DNA of 63,828 nt, the filler included, from Octopus bimaculoides (lineage: Eukaryota), in the NCBI RefSeq assembly GCF_001194135.2. It is 5 parts of 4 records of this genome, joined end to end, with 100 filler letters (N's around TTAATTAATTAA, not from the genome) between each part and the next. Parts side by side here need not be neighbours in the genome. Positions count along the whole stretch, not along the records: positions 1 to 31,393 come from NC_068989.1; 4 more parts are not named here. One strand, written 5' to 3'. The translations under genes and the position numbers were made by a program. The notes beneath the pieces are model-generated. The model saw nothing but the letters and a program-made list of their open reading frames with translations. It was not told where the DNA came from and ran no database searches. Positions 16,431-30,441 of the stretch are shown piece by piece (position 1 is the first letter of the stretch; each line of letters opens with the position of its first letter).

Positions 16431-17555
16431 CAATGGGCGGCTGATGAAATATCTGTTTGAAACGGATATTTTTCGCCACATGTTGGTAACTTTCATGCAA
16501 CACTTTTGAAATGCCTGCGAAACGTCGGTGCCAGTTAATCACTAAAGGAATTCTGTAATCTGTTGTATTTTGTTTGCTTTCGACGGAATGAGAACATAAA
16601 AGAATCATTGTCCTCTATATCTGACTCCAACAAAACGAACATTGGAGTATCTGCACGCTGTACCTTAAAGAACAGCCGCAAGAGAGGTAAGCCCTGTTCA
16701 CTGTGCAACAACCTGAGTGAAGTGAATACCATCATAATAGAAATGTTATGATTTATATAGAAGGGGGAACCTGCAAAGATTCCCATTTAGTGTACGCTGC
16801 AGAATGCACGAAACACAACTTGATTTATGTTGGTTGTACAACGGAACAATTAAACAAAAGGTTTAATGGGCACAGATTCGACGTCAGGCACAAGAACAGT
16901 AGTTCAACAGAACTTGCTGAACATTTCGTTTCAAGCAGCTGCAATTTTGAAGAAGATTTGAAAGTGCACATTCTCAAAAAATATTCTGAATGTACCCCAC
17001 TTTCACTTCTCAGAATGTATGAGGAGAAATATGTTTGCGGGTTATTGACATNNNNNNNNNNNNNNNNNNNNNNNNNNNNNNNNNNNNNNNNNNNNNNNNN
17101 NNNNNNNNNNNNNNNNNNNNNNNNNNNNNNNNNNNNNNNNNNNNNNNNNNNNNNNNNNNNNNNNNNNNNNNNNNNNNNNNNNNNNNNNNNNNNNNNNNNN
17201 NNNNNNNNNNNNNNNNNNNNNNNNNNNNNNNNNNNNNNNNNNNNNNNNNNNNNNNNNNNNNNNNNNNNATACAAAACTGTTTGATTGAATATTCTTCTTT
17301 CTCTCTTTTTGTTTTCTTTTTCTGTCGTCTTCCTTTTTCTTTCTTTCTGCTTGTTAAAAAACTGACAAAAGCTGATGATGTCATTCCATCAACGTATGGA
17401 CGCTGGTTACTCTCGTTCATAGTTTACGTTTGGTTTCTGAAATTTTGAATTTTCAATCACTTTTTGTTTTGAACTTGAGAAAGACAGACGTTCTGTCGAA
17501 ATATTGTTCAAGGAATAAAACATTTATACAATCGAATCGCGCTCTTCGTCTTGAC

Positions 17556-17556
<1 letters not shown>
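16431..17556 (+). mobile_element. Penelope-like element: inverted 5' segment, RT-EN linker, GIY-YIG endonuclease, 3' terminal repeat
   Basis: 16748-17051 encodes VYAAECTKHNLIYVGCTTEQLNKRFNGH (GIY-YIG). The preceding frame gives VCFRRNENIKESL and PCSLC. One-base frameshift near 16742. An assembly gap at 17052-17268 hides the ORF end. Confidence 0.88.
17469..17511 (+). ncRNA. Minimal type I hammerhead ribozyme with a U3:A8 core variant
   Basis: TTGAAC / TTGAGAA / A / GACAG-acgtt-CTGTC / GAAA / TA / T-T / GTTCAA. Perfect 6-bp stem I, 5-6-bp stem II, palindromic ATAT stem III. AATAAA follows at 17514. Confidence 0.75.
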
Positions 17557-17619
<63 letters not shown>

Positions 17620-18203
17620 GTTATTATTAATATTATTATTATTATTGTTATTATTATTATTAAGGATGCATTATTATTACTACTATGAGGAAAGCATGGC
17701 TGCATTCACGATTGCAAGATCGTGGTTTGAATTCTTGGATGAAAACACGTCATTTCACGTTGCTCTTTGATGACTTCGATATATGACGCCTGATACACAG
17801 TGCACCTCTTTAGCCAAAATCGATTTGATTGAGAACAGAGCTAATATACAGAACATACGTATATTTGAACACTATAAACAAATCATATGTGCAGGCCATT
17901 TGGCTAATGCTGAACACTCATGTGTTGTCATTATTATTACAATGCAAGGAATGTAAATGTTTGTTTTAACTTAAAGGTCAAATTGTCATTCTGAGAATTA
18001 TTATCACCCATATAAAAATACATGTATTTATTCTTTACGTAACTTCAATTTATTTTGTAAGGGAATAATCTTGTGTGCGAATTTTAATGGCTTATCGATG
18101 TATAGAGTGAGATATTTTCCCTTGGGTATCGGGAAGACACGCAGCGAGAAGTGGGAATAGAGCTGAAAGAAAACATCAAATACTAGTAATAATAATAATA
18201 ATA

Positions 18204-18254
<51 letters not shown>

Positions 18255-18260
<6 letters not shown>

Positions 18261-18537
18261 TTATATGCAAAAAACGACAAAGAGCTAGAAACATAAAATT
18301 ATATGCAAAAAACGACAAAGAGCTAGAAACACTACTACAGACAGTACACGGCTTTACCAAGGAAATAGATATGAAATTCGGATTAGAAAAATGTGCCAAA
18401 GCAACCCTGAAAAGAGGAAAATTAGTTAAACGTAGCAATATAACACTAGATAAAGCCAATGAAATAAGAGAACTAGACGATAGCCAACCATATAAGTATT
18501 TAGGAGTCAATGAACTAGATAGGATACAACATACACA
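18255..18537 (+). mobile_element. Dong/R4-like LINE reverse transcriptase fragment; may continue through the gap to about 19535
   Basis: KLYAKNDKELETLLQTVHGFTKEIDMKFGLEKCAK...YKYLGVNE, the region just after the RT YxDD motif. Starts in (TAA)n. Confidence 0.85.
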
Positions 18538-19531
18538 NNNNNNNNNNNNNNNNNNNNNNNNNNNNNNNNNNNNNNNNNNNNNNNNNNNNNNNNNNNNNNN
18601 NNNNNNNNNNNNNNNNNNNNNNNNNNNNNNNNNNNNNNNNNNNNNNNNNNNNNNNNNNNNNNNNNNNNNNNNNNNNNNNNNNNNNNNNNNNNNNNNNNNN
18701 NNNNNNNNNNNNNNNNNNNNNNNNNNNNNNNNNNNNNNNNNNNNNNNNNNNNNNNNNNNNNNNNNNNNNNNNNNNNNNNNNNNNNNNNNNNNNNNNNNNN
18801 NNNNNNNNNNNNNNNNNNNNNNNNNNNNNNNNNNNNNNNNNNNNNNNNNNNNNNNNNNNNNNNNNNNNNNNNNNNNNNNNNNNNNNNNNNNNNNNNNNNN
18901 NNNNNNNNNNNNNNNNNNNNNNNNNNNNNNNNNNNNNNNNNNNNNNNNNNNNNNNNNNNNNNNNNNNNNNNNNNNNNNNNNNNNNNNNNNNNNNNNNNNN
19001 NNNNNNNNNNNNNNNNNNNNNNNNNNNNNNNNNNNNNNNNNNNNNNNNNNNNNNNNNNNNNNNNNNNNNNNNNNNNNNNNNNNNNNNNNNNNNNNNNNNN
19101 NNNNNNNNNNNNNNNNNNNNNNNNNNNNNNNNNNNNNNNNNNNNNNNNNNNNNNNNNNNNNNNNNNNNNNNNNNNNNNNNNNNNNNNNNNNNNNNNNNNN
19201 NNNNNNNNNNNNNNNNNNNNNNNNNNNNNNNNNNNNNNNNNNNNNNNNNNNNNNNNNNNNNNNNNNNNNNNNNNNNNNNNNNNNNNNNNNNNNNNNNNNN
19301 NNNNNNNNNNNNNNNNNNNNNNNNNNNNNNNNNNNNNNNNNNNNNNNNNNNNNNNNNNNNNNNNNNNNNNNNNNNNNNNNNNNNNNNNNNNNNNNNNNNN
19401 NNNNNNNNNNNNNNNNNNNNNNNNNNNNNNNNNNNNNNNNNNNNNNNNNNNNNNNNNNNNNNNNGTAACTCCTCCTGAAGATATAATTTTGACTCTATAT
19501 CTTCAGGAGGAGTTACCTCAATCCTTTCTAT

Positions 19532-19573
<42 letters not shown>

Positions 19574-19784
19574 TTTCTCACAAGGTTGTTTTGAAGTTAG
19601 AGGGTGTCAACTGAAACAATGTAACTCGATGCTTGACCGCTACGATATATTATCAAGCTTGCAGTCTTGAAAGGCCGCCTTAATCTCGATAGTATTTGAA
19701 GTCAGAATGTTCAAAGCTGGAAGACATGACATCAAATATTTTGTTCTATATGATGATGATGATGGTAATAATAATAATAACAAT

Positions 19785-19869
<85 letters not shown>

Positions 19870-22749
19870 TGTGAGGATATGTGTGGGATTACTTTCGCTA
19901 TTATAAAGTTGCTAGTTAATCAGAATAGCTTTTGTTTTCGAAAATCCAATTAAAAAATTTGCATGTGCCAACACATGCAAATTCGGTAAAGTTAATTACG
20001 CTTCATTATTGAAATACGTGAATTAAATTGAAAATAAGAATGAGTGATTACTTTATAGCAAAGTAAGAAATTAACTATCGTAAATGAGTGCAGTGTATCA
20101 GGCGGTAACACATGAAACCGCCTTTCATTTGTAAGCTTAATCAAAGCGACATTTCTATACACAATCTCCAATCCAGTGAAAGAACCTATAGATAATCGGA
20201 ACAAATTAATCACTGCTTTAGTGATAGATTTTGTTTTTGTTATTGTCAACTTATATCGTGAACGTGATATAATTCGTATGTGCATTTTTATGTTACAAAA
20301 TGATCTTTGCATAAACTTTCTCTCGTGATTTCAAGTTTGGTCAAATAAAGAAGTGTTGAACTAAGTAATTCAGAGACCAATTCTTTATTACGTGTACGTT
20401 TGATATTATCAATCAGAGATAATGCTTTTTAAAATGGCTAGCTTTCAGTAGGTCTTTCAGAAGCAACTTCCCTATTTATTAATGTTTCTCCTGAGTGCGA
20501 TCAACATCTTCGAGGTTTTTGGCGCCCCGTTAAGTGGACTTCATGCGCATTAAATATGATCTTTGGCTTGCATTTGCATGCGTATTTCCTGACACGTGCC
20601 AAGACGTAATACAGAGCTCTGTTTGCACTACCATATTTGTGCAATTTGTAGTTGCCAAAGCATTGTCTGGTTACGATATTATCATCTCTTCGCGTCAGTC
20701 ACTGCTACTTTTTTGCTTCTATGAATTATGTATCTTTCATTTAACATTCAACCAATCAATAGGTTTCCTATTAAAGTATTCTTAACTGAATACACGAAAT
20801 TGGATTCAACTTCAATAAATATGTATATACAAGTATCACGTACGTTCCACTAGTCTCTTAATAATAACAATGATTGGGAAAGTGCATTTGAAAAAAGGTG
20901 CAGTACACTAATAGTAGACTAATATTTAACTAATTCAAAAATGCATTTATTAACCACACATGAAGGTTTAGGGTTTTTGCATTGCTTTCTACCATGAGTT
21001 CAGTTTTGTACAGGCGTCTAAGTATTTCAGCTTTCTAAAGGCTGAGGATATCTAAAGGAATGAAACGCTTACCTCTCAAATATTGAGCTCTTATAACATA
21101 TGTATATTTGAAACAAGAACTTACTGGTAAAATTGTGTTTAATTATAAATCTATAGTTGGAATATTTATGAATAAAGTCAATACACTATGTTAATGTGTG
21201 ATATGACAGGTATAATTAAATAGTTGGTTGTATGCGTGACAATTTCCATTCTCAGAAGATTCCATTCAACCATATTCTGATTGATATAATGGTTCTACAT
21301 TTGTTTACAATTGAGATATTCAAAATTAAAACGTTTTGATTCCTCGCATTGAAGCTGTTTGTATTGTCATATATCCTCGATTGCTTGCAGAAAACAGTGG
21401 TCATACACAAATTAGACCACTTTATACCTGCACATGCAACAACATTTTATTTGGAATACATAATTTGCCATTAATCTGAAGCCATTTTCAAAGAAACAAG
21501 CATTTTATAATGTCTTTTTCATATTTGCATTGCTTTCTCGAAAGTTTAATGCAGTGTTTTAAGAGCTTTTATTATATATTTGCGAGTACAAGGTGATTAA
21601 CTTAGTGCATACCAGCTTTTCTTTTTCACTTGTAGTTTCTGAGTTCAAATTCTGCAGAGGGCAACTTTGCTTTTAATATTTTCGAATACCTATAAAATAA
21701 AGTGCATGGCAATTGCTAGAATCGATGTAACCGACATGGTCACTCCAGGAAAAATTTCTAGCGCAATGCTAAATTTATAAATAATTAATGTTATAAGTTG
21801 TTGAGCTGCCACAATCGTTAGTAAATAAGAGAAATCTTAACGGCATTTCAGCAGTTCATTATGTCTGATTATAATTTCCGCTGAGATTGAATTTACCTTT
21901 CATCCTTTCAAGGCCGATAAACAAATTACCAATAGAACATTGAGGCTGATGCAATTACCAGCAGAATACTGGGTCAATTCGGCCCTCAAAAATTGCTGGT
22001 CATCTGACAACATTTGAAACTATTACGTCAGTGAGCTCGTAGGATACTTAGCATATCGGAGTAAAGATGTTCAAGGAGATATATCCCAGCACTTTACTAT
22101 TTTGCTTTTCATAATTTTGGGGTTGATAAAATGAAGTACCAGTGAAGAACACGTCTATGAAAATTAATGGTCGTGTGATTAAATTTGCAAGAATTATTTG
22201 CGGTTATATTTTCGCTTGCAGTGTTCCAATAGTGACGATATTATCCTTCTCTTATTTGTTAAATTAACAAATTCCTGCTCAAGTACTATTCCCAATTTCC
22301 ATTGTGCTTAACCTTCTCCATAATTTCTGAGCTTGTACAAATATTAGATTTTAATTTTACCTTCTATAGTTGCTTTATTTTTGGTGATATAACCTCGCTA
22401 TAGCAATGCATGAATTTATTTTAAATGGTGCCATATTTAGCGAAAGTAAATTGATATAAAAAGGAAATAGGATAATAATTCACGGTTCAATTGTGATTAT
22501 AAAGAAACGAATTATAAACTAAACAGTGATTACTTTATCTCAGTATTTGCTAAACTATAGCCATTGCTACCTAAAAGAGTAGAATGTTAGCTAATCTGTA
22601 AAAGTATTGTGATTCTTATTCTGTCTCTAAAGAGGAAATGTTTTCCTACTAAAAACTTATTTCCTCTTAGCACAATCAAGACAGAACAGGACAGTGCATG
22701 AGCAGCAGAACGCATTTTCTAACCTTGAAAGAGCGATAGTTGTGCCAGT

Positions 22750-23560
22750 TATGTTAGATCGTCTAATAGTGCTATTTCTAATATGCAGCTTGGTGCAGTC
22801 TGCTGCATGGACAAGTCTTACGTAACTAAATCATCTATCAACCAGGATTATTTGGCGTTGTGGTTACTAAAAATCATTCAAGAAAGGAAGAAACCCAGTC
22901 ACAGAACGGATGAGCCCAATGGAAGTCTATCAGTAGCAGGAGTATTTACAAATTCGAATCAGTTGCTAGAAAAAAAAAACACACATTCTACAGTGACACA
23001 AGTGATGAAACTTGGTGAGCATTCTAGGCTCGGCTGCCAGACTAGAAGAAGAACTGCAAGCAATAATCCAGGATACAATTGTACTTGACTGCCTTTAAAG
23101 AGTCGAAATCTAAAGGAGTTTATCCATCCTAAGAGATCATTACCACCGACTCTATCGAGTAATTCTGTAGACATTGGTCGTACATTCTCCAGGATTGTCT
23201 ATCAGCCTCTAAACTACTAAAAAAGAACCATAAGATAGCAGGATTGCTTGTAATATATGCAAGGTAGTTCTCACCAGTCATTCTTAGGCTCATGCTCGAG
23301 AAATCCCATACATTTCACTTTGTTACAATGTTGCACAGCGTTTCTCGGGAAAGGAAATGATATTTCATCGTTTGTTATAAGGGAGACAAAAGGTTTTGAA
23401 TTCTGCCAGCATTTCGAAACCTATGGGGGCGTGTCAATTATCTATTCCAAAACGGACGAGCACAGCATCGATGTGAACGTAAGCATCTGTAACAAGGTCT
23501 GGAAGAGTTTGATCTTGCAATTCAGTCAATGAGGGTGCTATTTGCGGTTTAAATGTGTCA
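22750..23560 (-). mobile_element. Degenerate CR1/L2-like reverse transcriptase remnant
   Basis: The minus strand gives DLLGWINSF...R..Q and a G.SVL...FL.LND-like pattern. Many stops and frameshifts. Confidence 0.45.
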
Positions 23561-26364
23561 AATTTCAATCTTGCTTTGATCCAGGCTAACGCGACTTCGA
23601 CAGGGGATTAACTTCCAAAAGCTTGTACAAGTTCTACCACGCTATGAAAACATTGGGCAAAAATAGCAGGTTTATGTAACATTTTGATCATTTCTACACA
23701 AAATCGTATATACATAAAAAGTGCGACATTATACAAAAATACACACAAAAAATGCGACATTAACATTATTCACATTTCCACACATGTGTTCATTCTTAAC
23801 TTTGCTGTATCATAAATCTAACTTTGTGTTATTGAATCGATGTTGGTCTGAAAGAGGAAAGATATAGTGATGCATATTAATCAATCAAATTTCATAGCGT
23901 AGAGAGAGAGGTGGGTAGTGGGAAAGAGAGAGAAAAAGAGAGAAGTGCTTTGGAAGAGTGGCATATATCATGAGACACGTTAATATATGTTACCCTCGAA
24001 TGAATGAAAAATATTGTTGATGTTAACACAGTGAATGCTATATTTTATTGAAGAGAACTGCAACATATGCTACCCAAAACCACCCAATGAATAATGTCTA
24101 TAACTCAAGAGCATTTGGGGAGAAGATCAAATGATATTGATGTACCAGGAATCGAATTTGTTTTGTAAACACTTTTCATTCAAATCTTGCAACAATCATA
24201 CTAATATAAATCACATCATGCGTTTATAAATAATATGAGTAGTGTAAGCTAAATCCTATAAAAGTGTGCCATATTATGCGCCCACCAATTAGCACCGTAT
24301 TATTATTTATATAATTATGTGACTGGAACTGGAACTGGAAATCGTCTCATGACATTTGAAGGTCAAAGGATCTTGTTTGGTATTTGTAGATCTCCGTAGC
24401 TTTGTTGCTTATCACGAAATGGAAATCTTCAAACATTTTGTTCGTGTTAGATCAGAGAAGCAAAACTCGGTGAATTTATGAAAACAAGATAGAGTGGTTT
24501 GTAAAGACGGAACGGTTGAGATGGTCTTATATCTAGACAGTTCTAAGAAGGAGATATCCTTTTCAAAGAGCTAATACGGGCAAAGAGATGTAATTTGGTA
24601 TTTGTTAAACTGTGTTGTCGACTGAACTTTGCAATGGCCATATGTAAATGACTATATGCTAGTGATGCACTAGAATATGTGTGTATTGTCGCTGGAAGAT
24701 CTCAATATTGAAACTAGCTAGTTATATAATGTCCGTTGTTTGTTAACAAGTCATGAAGAATAACTATTTTGGCCCTGAAAAGGAAAATTATTGTTTGTTA
24801 TGGATGTTTTGAAATGTTACATATAAAAGAGGACAATAATAAACCATTAAGTATTATGTGAAACCTAGCATCTATTGTGACATGGGGTTATTTAAGCGAT
24901 GTTGCTAAGGTATGCATTATCGTGGTTCAATAATGATCCCACGTTATATTCAGTTATCGTAATTAGTTATAAGAAAGAGAGAAAATTGTCATATTCCCAT
25001 AAAAAGATATTTTTGTGAATTCTATTCCCAATGATCTGTAACCTTGCATGAGTTATCAAAGTTCGTGTCAACTGATGCCATATCACAAACAGCTAAAGAT
25101 GTACAAAGAGTGATATCGAATTCATCTAATTGTTTGTTCTCAGAAATAGCACGGAACAAATCAATGATATAGAATATAGAGGATGGAAATCTTCACTACC
25201 TATGATTACCTCCACCACCAACTGCAGAAGCAACGCTCTAGTCGCTACTGAAAATATCTACACAACCATGACGAACACTGCCACCACCGCCAGAATTTTA
25301 ACACTGTATTATCTAAAGTTTTCTACAATATCCACATTAAAATACAATTTCAAATTACGATCTCGAACATCAGCATTTAATCTCCTGCCATCTACATGCA
25401 GGTCGACCGTCACTGCGAGTATTGACAATGCATTTACATTTACTACCACATCTCCGATCATTATCAACGGAACTAACTACGTCACATATGCCATCACAGC
25501 TAATAGATTCACGTATTGATTCATATCGCTAATTTCACTAGAATGAGATACCACAAAGCCAATGCAACAACTCCCAGTCTAACGTAAATAGTAGCCAAAA
25601 TGTTCAGATAGTAATGGGTGTCTTGAAAATAACCATATATACGTAGTTATGATCGTCCCAGTTGCGAACATTTTGACATGTGTCAATTTAATCCACTTTT
25701 ACTTTCGCATATATAAGAATAATCAAATTACCACTATTGTTAGCCCCAAGATTATTGTTAGCAATCATACATGTGATAAACCTCACTAGTATTCTCAGCT
25801 CTACTGAAGAATAGTTTAACAAAAACAAAGAATATATATATTGCGCTGTTGCATCAGTTGTAAAATTGCAGATTAAACTCCTATAAATCTAACAATGCTC
25901 TCTCCCCATTCAAAAAAAAAAACACAAAATGAGTAAAAAAAATATAGCAATGGGCTTTGGCTGATATGTCTTCTTTCATGCGTTCGTTTGTTCTTGGTTA
26001 AACAATTATACCAACCGTCCATCTTCAACGGTGATAGCAAAATCATTATCATTATCACCATCATCAGGATCTCACAACCTACACTACTAATAACTCAACG
26101 AACCGTGCTGAAAGCGTCTTCAATTTAAAACTCATTAATTTTCCTTGTTAAGGTAATCAGAACTGCATTTCGCTCATTCCTCGCTGTCCACTGGTGTGGA
26201 AATTCTATAGTTAATTGGGCAATTCACTGTTTAATGATTCACTGTTATACTGCTATGTTGATCAAATCTATGAATCCATGATCTGCTGAGTGAATATGTG
26301 TGTGTATTTGTGTATGTGTTTGTGTGTGTATGTATATATACGTATGCATGTATGGATGGATGTA

Positions 26365-27160
26365 AGTAGGTCGGCTGAAAAGTTTATAGGCTAATCAAAA
26401 TACTCTCATGTGAGGGGTGTGTTTCTCGGCAATAACCCCCTTGCGATACATACACATCTTCCATCGGACTGGCTGTGCCCGGATCCCATTCAGGAAGATG
26501 CCTTCAGCATGTAAGTAGAAAGACAGTCATGAACATCAGGTAAGAGGTTATCATCACTGTGTTAGTGGTTCGCAGAAAAGTGCATTTCTTTCTTTCATGT
26601 TGGGGGACGGATGATAGTAAGATGGATCCGAATCAAGCGACTAGGTAGGGTAAACAACCACCTCAAAGTCACAGTCACACGCAATGCCACTGAAACGAAA
26701 GATGTGTGTACTGAAACATTGGTCTGATGAAACAAGATACTTTTTGTCAGTTTTCCTGGGCCTTTCTTCTTCATAGACTTTCGTAACTACCTCAGCAAAT
26801 TGGCTTAATACGCTTCAACGATGGTGATGCCGTTCTGAAAATTGACAATAAACAGCGGTTATCATCTTTTTGGGCAGATGATGAGTGGTATTCCCTCTGC
26901 ATGGATCGTCCTTTTGTCTCTGACTCAAAGTGATGAAACAATACTCGTCTTAGGTTAGAAAACCTCATGGAAACAAGTTTAATCTACTTCAAACAATGTC
27001 ACATTTCCTTGTGATCTGATCAGTCATGTGGGCGTTCGATCAGGTATCAGAAGAGACATGGCAGCCACCGAAAAGTACTCGTCGTTATGCGAAGTTCATT
27101 GTGCAGAATATTCTCAACTCTATGGCTTTGCTAGTATTTCATTAAATTTCTCAACCAATA
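26365..27160 (-). mobile_element. Highly degenerate mariner element
   Basis: The minus strand gives HHFESETKGRSMQ and a RP.K..K..L...D pattern. A TIR-like end ggtcggctgaaaagtttataggct lies at about 26368. Confidence 0.5.
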
Positions 27161-27187
27161 CCATCATCATCATCATCATCATCATCA

Positions 27188-27280
<93 letters not shown>

Positions 27281-27302
27281 TATTATTATTATTATTATTA
27301 TT

Positions 27303-27678
27303 CAGTAGTTTTACTTTTATAACGTGTTTTCACTTCACTACCGAGCGCAGCTCTGTGCGCCTTGGGTATGTGCTGTGGTTTGCTGTGGTGCTCTTATGTT
27401 TACTGTATTGAAAGTGTTTTGCGTAGGATGTGTGCAGTACCCAGTAGTGCAATTTTCTGTATGTTATATATATTTGTAAGTCCTGCTATTTTTGTTATGT
27501 ATTTGTCTGAATATTTTTTTATTATACCTAAGGCACCTACTATGATAGGAATTGTTTCTGTTTTTAGATTCCACATTCGAGTTATCTCTATTTCCAGGTC
27601 TTTGTATTTTGAAAGTTTTTCCATTTCTTTTAGAGAAACGTTGTCATCTGCTGGTATTGATACATCAATTAGAAAGCA

Positions 27679-27681
<3 letters not shown>
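27303..27681 (-). mobile_element. Dong/R4-like LINE 3' end (REL C-terminus plus 3' UTR)
   Basis: EKLSKYKDLEIEITRMWNLKTETIPIIVGALG...IQKIALLGTAHILRKTL*. Flanked on both sides by TAA repeats. Confidence 0.88.
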
Positions 27682-27709
<28 letters not shown>

Positions 27710-27766
27710 CATTATTATTATTATTATTATTATTATCATTATTATTATTATTATTATTATTATTAA

Positions 27767-27814
<48 letters not shown>

Positions 27815-27989
27815 TATTAATAAATGCGCAACACATTAGACTGTAGGAAAATTTTCTAACATTGGGATAAAGCAAGTAACCTTCGATGCCAAGATCTCTC
27901 CTAAATATCCTAGGTGCCCCCAATCACACTGTTTTCTGGAACTGTACTAAACTGTGTTTGATGCCGATTTTTTCTAGTCATGTCTCTTT

Positions 27990-28387
27990 TTACTCTTTTT
28001 ACTCTTTTACAGTGGCCATTTAACAGCACCGCATTTAGTCGAGCAAATCGACACCGGGACTTATTCTTTTTAAGCCTAGTACTTATTCTATCGGTTTCTT
28101 TTTGCCGAACCGCTAATTGACGGGGACATAAACACACCAACATCGGTTGTCAAGCAATGCTAGGAGGACGAACACAAACACACAAACACACACACACACA
28201 TACGTATATATATATAGATATATACGACGGGCTTCTTTCAGTTTCCATTTACCAAATCCACTCACAAAGCTTTGGTTGGCCCGAGGGTATAGTAGAAGAC
28301 ACTTGCCCAAGGTGCCACGCAGTGGGACTGAAACCAGAACCATGTGGTTGGTAAGCAAGCTACTTACGACACGGTCACTCCTGCGCC
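27990..28387 (-). mobile_element. SINE family A, full length
   Basis: Reverse-complement homologue of 6918-7320. Confidence 0.85.
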
Positions 28388-28603
28388 ATCTGTTCAAATC
28401 TTTCGGAATAGTTCCTAATGCACCGATAATGACATGGATACATTTTACCGGTACTTTCCAAAGTCTCTATAATCCAATGGCTAGGTTCTGGTACTTTTCT
28501 ATTTTCTATATAACTCCGATATTCATTTTCTCATGATTTGAGACTGTAACGTCAATTGTCTGGCATTTTCTATTGTCTTTATCTACTACTACTAAACCAG
28601 GAT

Positions 28604-28605
<2 letters not shown>
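28388..28605 (-). mobile_element. Degenerate Dong/R4-like REL fragment interrupted by a SINE
   Basis: NPGLVVVDKDNRKCQTIDVTV...KIEKYQNLAIGL*RLWKVPVKCIHVIIGALGTIPKDL. A short (TACA)n tract and then (TAA)n lie upstream on the minus strand. Confidence 0.7.
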
Positions 28606-29376
<771 letters not shown>

Positions 29377-30441
29377 CATGTCTATCCTTCTAAATAACGA
29401 GAAACCACATTCAGATTAATACACATACAATAGATTGCAATTACAGATGCTATATGACCTGACTTAAATTACTACAAATGACATAGAAATAATTAACATA
29501 TTGAATTATTTTGCAATATACCTCACATTCGTCTTGTATTAGAGAAGCAGTCATCTATATTTTCTGTTCTGACGTTAAGTTATTCACTGAATACACGGAG
29601 ACAAGCAGCTGTGACAGGATAAAGCAATAAATATAGATTAAGAGCCAGTTCTGTTGTGAATTACGAAGCGAAACATCTGGAAATATGGGGACTGTGGCAC
29701 TGAAAGCATTACTTTATAACTGCTAAACGTAAAGTCAATAAATTGTTGACGCTATGATTTAGCATGTGGTCCACTGGACTTGCTGTAGATCAAATAGTAG
29801 TAGTTAATATGTATCTAAGAATGGGTTTCGATTCCAGATAGAAGCAGCCCGTAGATACTTCGTTAATTTCGTTAAGAAACGGTAGAAAGTTGTTGAATAT
29901 TATTTCCTTTCAGTGACTATAAACTACAAGCAGGATATACAAACATATACAAAAGAAGAGCGCAAACAATGCTGTAAACATATACCAGATATTGATTCAT
30001 TATTGCTATTTCCTCATAACCATAATCCACTTAATCGTTTGTATTTATTTTCCTTAAACTTATTCACAAACATTTAAATAAGTTACGTGCATGACGTAGA
30101 AAATATCTATAGCAAATACTAGACTGCATTTTTTCGTGTGTATCATTTCAGTCCTCTGCAGAGTGTTCAGAAGAATGATTCCTACCAAGAAGCTTGCATT
30201 CTGAAAGAATATGTTTTCCTTTGAGTAGAAATAGAGTATATATATATATATATATACATACAGAGTGCAATGGGTAAATTGTCACCGATTTATATTACGG
30301 TAGAGTCAGTTCAGTACCGTCTGTTAGAAAAAATAGCACCATTACGCAATTCACTCTGCCCAAAATTTCCAAAGACATGCACTGTTGCTTGGCATTCGTG
30401 CCGGAAGCTCCAATAACAATATTTCACAGTANNNNNNNNNN

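Noticed and set aside
16441-16471. CTGATGA...GAAAC hammerhead-like motif with an 11-bp hairpin
   Set aside because: No UH triplet or stems in register; lies inside PLE coding sequence.
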